Source of the DNA: Streptosporangium soli
GTDB taxonomy: Bacteria; Actinomycetota; Actinomycetes; Streptosporangiales; Streptosporangiaceae
Assembly: GCA_022213955.1 (NCBI GenBank)
Contig: JAKNTW010000009.1
Span: 213,580-277,579 of the forward strand
Reading direction: 5' to 3'
Length of the DNA stretch: 64,000 nt
The position numbers were made by a program, and so were the translations under genes. Numbering within the stretch: position 1 is the stretch's first letter; each line of letters starts with the position of its first letter. The notes under the pieces are model-generated. The model ran no database searches, had not been told where the DNA came from, and worked only from the letters and a program-made list of their open reading frames with translations. Below, piece after piece: positions 18,836 through 26,073 of the stretch.

Positions 18836-18999
18836 CGCACCGCCCTGGGCCGGGGCGGCAGCCGTACGGCCGGGTACGTGGCCGGGTGCGGCTGTGTCTC
18901 GTGGTCCGCGACCATTGCAACCGCCGCCCTGGGCCGGGCCGGTAGCCGTATGGCCGGGTACGTGATCGGGTGCGGCTGTGTCTCGTGGTTCGCGATCAT
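18832..18999 (-). other. mini-ORF (55 aa) MIANHETQPHPITYPAIRLPARPRAAVAMVADHETQPHPATYPAVRLPPRPRAVR (fused repeat copies 1+2)
   Basis: ATG overlaps the GT2 stop (ATGA). Its TGA overlaps the next mini-ORF ATG. Matches the tail of ORF 18832..19044. Confidence 0.3.
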
Positions 19000-19727
19000 C
19001 GCACGTCGATGACGTCGGGGCGGTAGTGGTGGTCGGCGTACCACGCGAGGGTGCCGACCAGGCCATAGGCGCGCAGCCGGCGCACGGAGCCGAAGACGAC
19101 GACGTCCCGCCGGGTGGCGTAGGCGGGGGTGAGCCGGCGGACGGCGTTGACCAGCGCGCGGTCCTCGTGCAGCTCCTCGATCGCGGTCCGGGGAAAGCCG
19201 CCCGCGCGCTCGTACAGGGAGGTGGTGATCGCCATGGTCGCACCGGGCATCATGACGTACGGCCCGCGATAGGCGGGATCGCGGTTGCCCGGCCGGAACC
19301 GGCCGAACAGCGCGGCCACCTCCACGACGAAGGGGATCAGCCGCCGCTCCCAGAACTTCAGCGGGAACTCGTCGGTCCGGGGCCGCAGTTGCCCGCCGAC
19401 CATCTCCAGCCCGTCGGCGAACCCCCGCCGGAGGTTGCGCACCCAGTCGTGGCGCGGCAGGCAGTCGGCGTCGGTCCTGGCCAGGTGGGTGGCCCCGGCC
19501 GCGATGGCGTGCCGCATGCCGGTGTCGGCAGCCGCGCCGGTGCCCTTGCGCGGCTCCCCGACCACCCGGACGCCGTGCCGCCGGGCGATGTCCGCCGTGC
19601 CGTCGGTGCTGTCGTTGTCCACCACCAGCAGCGTGAAGTCCTGGTCATCCTGTGCGGCGAGTGCGCGCAGCGTGCCCTCGATCCCGGCCGCCTCGTTGTA
19701 GGCGGGGACGATCACCCAGAGGTCCAT
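18996..19727 (-). CDS. family 2 glycosyltransferase
   Basis: ORF 18996..20120 trimmed to MDLWVIVPAYNEAAGIEGTLRAL...LLVVDNDSTDGT (GT-A fold, DxD). Its ATG overlaps the KAS III stop. Confidence 0.8.
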   Translation of the reverse strand: MDLWVIVPAYNEAAGIEGTLRALAAQDDQDFTLLVVDNDSTDGTADIARRHGVRVVGEPRKGTGAAADTGMRHAIAAGATHLARTDADCLPRHDWVRNLRRGFADGLEMVGGQLRPRTDEFPLKFWERRLIPFVVEVAALFGRFRPGNRDPAYRGPYVMMPGATMAITTSLYERAGGFPRTAIEELHEDRALVNAVRRLTPAYATRRDVVVFGSVRRLRAYGLVGTLAWYADHHYRPDVIDVR

Positions 19728-20686
19728 CACATCTCCGCCAGCATGACGCCCATGCTGATCCCGCCGCCGAGCCCGAGCATCGCGACCCGGTCGCCGGGCG
19801 ACCAGCCGCCGAGCGAGAGTTGCAGGGGCAGTGTGGCCGAGGCGCAGTTCCCGTGGTCGGGCAGGGTGACCACGAGCCGGTCGTCGGGGAGGTCGAGCAC
19901 TCCGGTCAGGAAGCGCAGGTACGGCATGGCCACCTGGTGGACGGCGACGACGGCGAAGTCGTCCCAGCCCAGGCCGGTGTGTTTGAGGGCGTTGAGGAAC
20001 AGGTCGGGGCCGACGAGTTCGAAGGCGGCCTTCATCCGGCGGCCGTCGCCCTTGAAGTAGGAGTACTCGGGGTCGCGGGGGTGGGCGGAGCCGCCGCCGG
20101 GGAGGGTGCCGACGCCCCACGCCGTACTATCTGCCGAAAAATCGCGGTAAAACACTCCGCGGCGGGCGTCCGCCGTCAGCAGCACCGCCGCCCCCGCGTC
20201 CGACAACGTGTAGCCCGCGAACGATTCGACGAACTGCGCCCGGTCGCTGACCTGCCAGCGGACCGCACGGGAGGGCATCTCGCCCGAGCACACCAGCACC
20301 CGGCGGTGCCCCCCGGTGCGGATCAGCGCCTCGGCCACCTGAATGCCGTTGAGCACGCTGTTGCACGCGTTCTTCACGTCGAACACCGGGCACGACAGCC
20401 CGAGCTTGGCCGACACGATGTGCGCGGTCGCGGGCTCGACCATGTCCTGCGAGGCCGAGGCGAAGATCAGCAGGTCGATCCCGTCGAGGTCCAGTTTCCT
20501 GGCCGCCGAGACGGCCAGGTCGGAGGCCTGCTGATCGTCGTCCGCCACGTGTCGCCACTGGATCCCGGTCATCCGCTCGACGATTCCCGCAGGCGGAACG
20601 TATCCCCGGATCCCCTTCTCCACCTGCGCACTGCTGAGCGTACGGCCAGGCAGAAACGTAGCGACGCCCGAAATGCGGGCCTTCAT
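19727..20686 (-). CDS. 3-oxoacyl-ACP synthase III (FabH-like) family protein
   Basis: Catalytic Cys in VKNACNSVLNG. His/Asn region HQVAMP...DHGNCASATLPL. 319 aa. Confidence 0.85.
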   Translation of the reverse strand: MKARISGVATFLPGRTLSSAQVEKGIRGYVPPAGIVERMTGIQWRHVADDDQQASDLAVSAARKLDLDGIDLLIFASASQDMVEPATAHIVSAKLGLSCPVFDVKNACNSVLNGIQVAEALIRTGGHRRVLVCSGEMPSRAVRWQVSDRAQFVESFAGYTLSDAGAAVLLTADARRGVFYRDFSADSTAWGVGTLPGGGSAHPRDPEYSYFKGDGRRMKAAFELVGPDLFLNALKHTGLGWDDFAVVAVHQVAMPYLRFLTGVLDLPDDRLVVTLPDHGNCASATLPLQLSLGGWSPGDRVAMLGLGGGISMGVMLAEM

Positions 20687-20772
20687 CCAACCCCCAGCTA
20701 GTAGGTCCTATTACCCGCGCAATGTAATGAACACGAGTTGCAACCTACTTGCCAAGGGACGGCACGGCCAGG

Positions 20773-22203
20773 TCAGGCCCGAGCCTCGGTGTTGCCGGCC
20801 TCCCAGTGGGTGTGGAAGGAGCCGTCCTCGTCGACCCGCCGGTAAGTGTGCGCGCCGAAGAAGTCGCGCTGGGCCTGGGTGAGCGCCGCCGGGAGCCGCT
20901 CGGCGCGCAGCGCGTCGTAGTAGGCGAGCGCCGAGCTGAACCCCGGCGCGGGGATGCCGAGCCGGGCGGAGGTCGCCACGACCTCGCGCCAGGCGTCCTG
21001 CCCGTCGGCGAGCGCCTCGGTGAAGTGGTCGTCGGTCAGCAGCGTCGGCGTCGAGGGATCGGCCTCGTACGCGCCCCGGATCCGGTCGAGGAACTTCGCC
21101 CTGATGATGCAGCCGCCCCGCCAGATCGTCGCCATCGCCCCGGCGTCGATGTCCCAGCCGTACTCCTTGCTGCCGGCCTGGATCTGGTTGAACCCCTGGG
21201 CGTACGCGATGATCTTCGAGGCGTAGAGCGCCTTCTCCACGTCGTCGGGTGAGACCGGGCTGCCCGCCGTACCCGTGCGGGCCGGGCCGGGCAGGCCGCG
21301 GCCGGCGCGGCGGAGGTCGGCGTGCCCCGACACCGAACGGGCGAAGACGGCCTCGGCGATCCCGCTGACCGGCACCCCGAGGTCGAGCGCGATCTGCACG
21401 GTCCAGCGGCCGGTGCCCTTCTGCTCCGCCTGGTCCAGGATGACGTCGACGAACGGCTTGCCCGTCTTGGCGTCGGTGTGTGCGAGCACCTCGGCGGTGA
21501 TCTCGATGAGATAGGAGCCGAGCCGGCCGGAGTTCCAGTCGGTGAAGACGTCGGCGATCTCGGCGGGAGTCAGCCCCGCGCCATGCCTGAGCAGGTCATA
21601 CGCCTCCGCGATGAGCTGCATGTCGGCGTACTCGATGCCGTTGTGCACCATCTTGACGAAGTGGCCGGCGCCGTCCGGGCCGACGTGGGTGCAGCACGGC
21701 GTGCCGTCCACCTTCGCCGAGATGCTCTCCAGCAGCGGCCCGAGCGCCTGGTAGGACTCCACCGAGCCGCCCGGCATGATGCTCGGGCCGTTCAGCGCGC
21801 CCTCCTCGCCGCCCGAGATCCCGGTGCCGACGAAGTGCAGGCCACGCTCGCGCAGCGCCGCCTCCCGCCTGCGGGTGTCGGCGAAGTGCGCGTTGCCGCC
21901 GTCGACGATCATGTCGCCGGGTTCGAGCAGCGGCGCGAACTCCTCGATCACCGCGTCGGTCGGCGCCCCCGCCTTGACCATGATGACCAGTCTGCGCGGC
22001 CGTTCCAGCGAGGCCACGAACTCCTCGGCGGTCTCGGCCGCCACGAACGTGCCCTCGTGTCCGAACTCCTCGACCAGGGCCTTGGTCTTGGCCGTGGTCC
22101 GGTTGTGCACCGCCACCGTGTGACCGTGCCTGGCGAAGTTCCTGGCCAGGTTGCGGCCCATGACCGCCAGGCCGGTGACCCCGATGACTGCCTTATCCGT
22201 CAT
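20773..22203 (-). CDS. gnd: NADP-dependent 6-phosphogluconate dehydrogenase (decarboxylating)
   Basis: Trimmed to MTDKAVIGVTGLAVMGRNLARN with RBS ggatggag. Strongly conserved 6PGDH sequence throughout. Confidence 0.9.
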   Translation of the reverse strand: MTDKAVIGVTGLAVMGRNLARNFARHGHTVAVHNRTTAKTKALVEEFGHEGTFVAAETAEEFVASLERPRRLVIMVKAGAPTDAVIEEFAPLLEPGDMIVDGGNAHFADTRRREAALRERGLHFVGTGISGGEEGALNGPSIMPGGSVESYQALGPLLESISAKVDGTPCCTHVGPDGAGHFVKMVHNGIEYADMQLIAEAYDLLRHGAGLTPAEIADVFTDWNSGRLGSYLIEITAEVLAHTDAKTGKPFVDVILDQAEQKGTGRWTVQIALDLGVPVSGIAEAVFARSVSGHADLRRAGRGLPGPARTGTAGSPVSPDDVEKALYASKIIAYAQGFNQIQAGSKEYGWDIDAGAMATIWRGGCIIRAKFLDRIRGAYEADPSTPTLLTDDHFTEALADGQDAWREVVATSARLGIPAPGFSSALAYYDALRAERLPAALTQAQRDFFGAHTYRRVDEDGSFHTHWEAGNTEARA

Positions 22204-22279
22204 GATCTGCTCCATCCGCACGCCGTCTGGACTTCAATCCTCTCGCTTATGGTGATACGGCGTGGCGGGCGGGCACGGC

Positions 22280-23380
22280 TCAGCCCGCTGCCAGGTCCAG
22301 GACCACCTTGACGTCGCCGGGATCGGGCTCGAACGCCTCGTGTGCCCGGGCCAGCGGGATCCGGCGTGTGATCAGGTGTTCCAGCCAGGATCGGTCGGCC
22401 GCCGCCAGCGCCTGCGCGGCCAGCTCGTAGTGCCGGAGGTTGGCGTTGACCGAACCGAAGACCACGTCGTTCTCCAGTACGATCTCGCGGTTGATCGCTC
22501 CCGCGTCCACCTGGAGGCGGCGTCCCGGCGCGGAGACCCCGGTCAGGCAGACGATGCCCGCCGAGGCGGTGTTCTCCACGGCGTCGAACACGATCGGGCC
22601 GACCCCGGTGGCCTCGATGATGATGTCCGGTTTGGTGTCTCCGACCGCCTCGGGGACCGACCCCTTGTGGTAGACGCCGCCCAGCTCGCGGACGAGATCC
22701 GGCTTGATGCCGCCGCTGACGCGGTCGAGGACGTGCACCTCAAGCCCGCGCTGCCTGCCCATCAGCGCGGCCAGCAGCCCGATCGGGCCGGCCCCGGTCA
22801 CCAGCACCCGTTCGGGCTGGAACCACGCCCGCGAGCCGATCCGCTCGATGTGGTCCCACGCCTTGGCGAGTACGGTCGCCGGCTCCATCAGCACCCCCAC
22901 CCGCTCCAGGCCCGGGTCGAGCTTCACCGCGTAGGCGGGCTCCACGGTCCACCGCTCGCTGCCGTAGCCCTGGATCGCCTTGATCCCGCGCTCGGTGTAG
23001 CGGCCGTTGCGGCACATGTCGAACTCGCCCCGCGCGCACGCCGGGCACGGGACCGGGTCCGGCCTGCGCACCACCCCGACGACGAGGTCACCCGGCGCGA
23101 ACGCCGACCCTTCGGGAGCCTGGGCCACCCGGCCGAGTGACTCGTGTCCGAGGATCAGCCGATCCTCGCCCGGGGGCGCCCAGCCGTACTCCGCCGCGGC
23201 GATCTCCCTGTCGGTCCCGCAGATGCCCAGGGCCAGGCCGTCGACGAGCAGCTCGCCCTCGCGCGGGACCGGATCGGGCACCTCCTCGACCCGCAACGAA
23301 CCCTGCTCACCGGGTCTCACCGTCAGTGCGCGCAACGTCCCCACCCCCTCGCAGGACGAATACCCCCTGAAGAAGGCCAT
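22280..23380 (-). CDS. zinc-dependent glucose 1-dehydrogenase-like MDR family dehydrogenase
   Basis: GHESLG zinc motif and a Cys cluster CPACARGEFDMC. Rossmann VLVTGAGPIGLL. The start may lie ~14 codons downstream at a TTG (MRALTVRPGE...). Confidence 0.75.
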   Translation of the reverse strand: MAFFRGYSSCEGVGTLRALTVRPGEQGSLRVEEVPDPVPREGELLVDGLALGICGTDREIAAAEYGWAPPGEDRLILGHESLGRVAQAPEGSAFAPGDLVVGVVRRPDPVPCPACARGEFDMCRNGRYTERGIKAIQGYGSERWTVEPAYAVKLDPGLERVGVLMEPATVLAKAWDHIERIGSRAWFQPERVLVTGAGPIGLLAALMGRQRGLEVHVLDRVSGGIKPDLVRELGGVYHKGSVPEAVGDTKPDIIIEATGVGPIVFDAVENTASAGIVCLTGVSAPGRRLQVDAGAINREIVLENDVVFGSVNANLRHYELAAQALAAADRSWLEHLITRRIPLARAHEAFEPDPGDVKVVLDLAAG

Positions 23381-23804
23381 TAGCCCAAGTTCGTGAACGC
23401 GTGACGGCTCCCCCCGGCATCGGTGCCACGCCCGAGCCGCCAAGCCCGGAAGATCCCGTGAACGCGCGCCGTCCCTGACGAAGATCGTCGAACGGCTCTG
23501 GTCAGGATCGGGTAGTACGGGCCGCTGGAACCGTCTCCTGCCGATGCCCGGCTTCGATGATCAGGCATCCGCCGGCAGGTCGCCGCACCACGTGATCACC
23601 GTCTGGGCGCCTCCACCGGTCAGCATGTCGGACGCCCCCTCGCCGCTGTGATTTGTGCCTATTTGGGTGGGTGGCACCTGCGTGGAAGCCCAACACCTGA
23701 GATACTGCAGGTAGTGGCCTCCGGGTCACTACGGCCATCCACGCAGCCGCGTCCCTCAGGAGGGCCATGTACAACGCCCGTCACCGAAGCAGCCTGCGCA
23801 GACC

Positions 23805-24425
23805 ATGAAGGATCACGCCGCCACCCGAGGCCGAGATGTAACGCTCGCCCTTACTTACGCCTGCAGTGTCCACGCCCACGAGATGGTGTTCGGACGCCGG
23901 CCCGAGGCCACTCTGCTGGAACGGGGCACATCCTGGGAGCCCCGGTTCGTCAGCCGTAAGCAGGAAGTCGTGGAGATGTACTCCCGGCTGCTCCTCGTCC
24001 GCCTGCGCGCCCGCGTCGACCGCCTCGCCGCGCTGGAGGTCGAGTGCCTCCGCCGGGCCTCCCTCGCGTCGCTGCCGCACGTCGTGTTCGCCGTCGCGCG
24101 CGGTACCGTGTCCGGCCGCAACTTCTCCGGGGTCCTGCGCGACGCGTCGTGGATCCTCTCTCCCATGCGGCGCCGCCAGTTCCGCCGCACCCACATCATC
24201 GCCGCCGACCTGGCCGCCGCCGCCCGCGCCACCGTCATGGCGGCCGGTGCGGCCAACGACCCGGTCACCCGTACCCGGCTCCTCGCGGCCACCCGCTACC
24301 AGGCCGCCCGCGACGCCCTCGACCTCTCCCTCGGCGACCCCTCCCTCGCCGGTCCCCCCGACCGCCTCCTCGCCGAGCTCAACTGGCTCGACACCCACCT
24401 CCCACCCCGCGAAGGCAGATCCTGA
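23805..24425 (+). CDS. hypothetical protein
   Basis: 206-aa ORF with very high GC3. Competing antisense ORFs are compositionally poorer. No recognisable domain. Confidence 0.5.
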   Translation: MKDHAATRGRDVTLALTYACSVHAHEMVFGRRPEATLLERGTSWEPRFVSRKQEVVEMYSRLLLVRLRARVDRLAALEVECLRRASLASLPHVVFAVARGTVSGRNFSGVLRDASWILSPMRRRQFRRTHIIAADLAAAARATVMAAGAANDPVTRTRLLAATRYQAARDALDLSLGDPSLAGPPDRLLAELNWLDTHLPPREGRS

Positions 24426-24567
24426 CCTCCTCCACCGGGTTCTGAGTCAGGGTCGGTTCTCCGCCGATCGTGGGGGTGGCAGGCTGTGCTGCCCGGGATG
24501 AAACTTTCAACTTTTCCTCGTCAGGTAGTCCAACTCATTTCCGTCAGGTAAACTTGCCAGCAAATCA

Positions 24568-24581
24568 TGGGAGCGCTCCCA
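24568..24581. promoter_or_regulatory. CebR operator (perfect 14-bp palindrome TGGGAGCGCTCCCA)
   Basis: Exact match to the Streptomyces CebR box, about 45 bp upstream of the LPMO start codon. Confidence 0.55.
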
Positions 24582-24622
24582 CTGTCCGGTAATCCCCCAC
24601 CCGGAAAGATGGAGACCGCACG

Positions 24623-25291
24623 ATGCACCATCATCACGTCAGAAACACCCCCCGTTGGGCGCTGCGTGCCCTGGCCCTGCTGTCGGCGGCCATGCTCGTC
24701 CTGATTCCCCTGGCCGACACCGCCACCGCGCACGGCTCGATCATCAACCCGGCGTCCCGCAACTACGGTTGCTGGAACCGCTGGGGCAGCGACTTCCAGA
24801 ACCCCACCATGGCGCAGCAGGACCCGATGTGCTGGCAGGCATGGCAGGACAACCCGAACGCCATGTGGAACTGGAACGGGCTCTACCGCAACAACGTCGG
24901 CGGCAACCATCAGGCGGCGATCCCGAACGGCCAGCTGTGCAGCGCCGGCCGGACCGAAGGCGGTCGCTACAACTCCCTGGACACCGTGGGCCTGTGGAAG
25001 ACGACGAACATCGGCACCAACTTCTCCGTGAACCTGTGGGACCAGGCCCTCCACGGCGCCGACTACTTCCGCGTCTACGTCACCCGGCAGGGCTTCAACC
25101 CCGCCACCCAGTCGCTGGGCTGGAACAACCTGGAGCTGGTCCGCGAGACCGGCAGATATGCCCCCACCCAGAACATCTCGATCGCCGCCAGTGCCCCGGG
25201 ACGCAGCGGACGCCACATCGTCTATACGATCTGGCAGGCCTCGCACATGGACCAGTCGTTCTACTTCTGCAGCGACGTGATCTTCAGCTGA
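24623..25291 (+). CDS. lytic polysaccharide monooxygenase, family AA10
   Basis: Signal peptide ends ...TATA|HGSIINP, giving an N-terminal His1 on the mature protein. AA10 signatures (NYGCWN, GxxQxC). No CBM. Confidence 0.9.
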   Translation: MHHHHVRNTPRWALRALALLSAAMLVLIPLADTATAHGSIINPASRNYGCWNRWGSDFQNPTMAQQDPMCWQAWQDNPNAMWNWNGLYRNNVGGNHQAAIPNGQLCSAGRTEGGRYNSLDTVGLWKTTNIGTNFSVNLWDQALHGADYFRVYVTRQGFNPATQSLGWNNLELVRETGRYAPTQNISIAASAPGRSGRHIVYTIWQASHMDQSFYFCSDVIFS

Positions 25292-25435
25292 GCCGCTGAG
25301 CCGTACGTCGCCGACCCCGCCGGATGCCGAGGGCGTCCGGCGGAGCCGTCCCGGGCCCGGCCGGGAGCCGGGTGGCGCGGGTCGTCATGCGGCCCCGGGA
25401 GATGCGGCCCGGGGCGATGGGATCGATGGCGGAGG

Positions 25436-25843
25436 CTACTGGAGGGGCGGGAAGACCGCGCCGGTGGCGGCCGTCATGAGGCACTGGTTGGAGAACTGCT
25501 GCCGGTAGAAGACCGGACGGCCGAACCAGTAGCCCTCCATGGTGGCCTCGACCGGGTCGTAGATCCGGGGGCACGGGTTCGGGTCGGGCTCGCGCTCTTC
25601 GAGATAGCCGTCGACGGCGTACAGATCGGCGCACGCCGCCCAGGGGTTCGGGTGGCTGCCGTCGTCCGGGCCGCAGGTCAGGGTCCAGTGGTTGTAATCC
25701 CCGGACAATCCCACCACCGTGAGCTCCAGCCGGCTCGCCGCCGTCTGGGCCTGCGCCGGGGCGGCTGAGGCTAACGCGGTGAGGGCCAGTGCGGCGGCGG
25801 TGACGGCGGCGGCGCGACGGGCGAACAGGCTGACTGCGAGCAT
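25436..25843 (-). CDS. subtilisin inhibitor-like (SSI) family protease inhibitor
   Basis: Trimmed to MLAVSLF with RBS gaaggagggg. Signal peptide. Two conserved disulfide Cys pairs (LTCGP...AACADL; NPCP...QC). Confidence 0.85.
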   Translation of the reverse strand: MLAVSLFARRAAAVTAAALALTALASAAPAQAQTAASRLELTVVGLSGDYNHWTLTCGPDDGSHPNPWAACADLYAVDGYLEEREPDPNPCPRIYDPVEATMEGYWFGRPVFYRQQFSNQCLMTAATGAVFPPLQ

Positions 25844-25865
25844 GGAGCCCCTCCTTCTGGCGGAC

Positions 25866-25895
25866 ACTTTAAGTAATCAAGCTACTACTTAAAGT
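25866..25895. promoter_or_regulatory. perfect 10-bp inverted repeat ACTTTAAGTA-N10-TACTTAAAGT in an AT-rich island upstream of the SSI gene (candidate operator)
   Basis: Located 20-50 bp upstream of the SSI start. The region 25868-26070 is unusually AT-rich for this genome. Confidence 0.4.
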
Positions 25896-25949
25896 TGTCC
25901 CGAGTGGAGAATTCTCTGTAAGAGCCATCGGCCTGAATTCAGTGGCCCG

Positions 25950-25990
25950 GCTTATATAAATAAATGCGGCCCGACACCCCGAACGGGGAG
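25950..25990 (-). terminator. candidate intrinsic terminator for the flotillin/ATPase operon
   Basis: Hairpin ccccgttcgggg followed on the - strand by auuuauuuauau. The stem is short, so confidence is low. Confidence 0.25.
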
Positions 25991-26073
25991 TATTCGACGA
26001 ATAGGCGCTCCACTGATTCGACAACGTCGAGTCGCTTTACCGGCCGATCAATACGAACGGACGCCGGAGGCGA

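Larger units (their letters stand above)
18761..18999. repeat. three diverged tandem copies (78-84 bp) of the P450 5' end including the stop/start overlap
   Basis: Units begin atgatcgcgaaccacgag, atggtcgcggaccacgag, atgatcgcggaccacgag (read on the - strand), followed by the P450 atgatctccaaccacgag. Each unit ends gcggtgcgATGAtc. Confidence 0.85.

Noticed and set aside
18761-18999. CRISPR array or biarylitide-type RiPP precursor interpretation of the P450-adjacent repeats
   Set aside because: The repeats are contiguous, with no unique spacers, and encode diverged copies of the P450's own first 26 codons. A duplication origin is clear. The RiPP idea is kept only as a low-probability alternative inside the finding.
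23443-23805. 360-bp intergenic region with nested inverted repeats (gcgtgga...gtagtggcctccgggtcactac...tccacgc) as possible tRNA, riboswitch or sRNA
   Set aside because: No tRNA cloverleaf or T-loop consensus (GTTCGA / TTCGAATC) and no match to riboswitch cores I could recognise. Left as an unexplained structured intergenic region.
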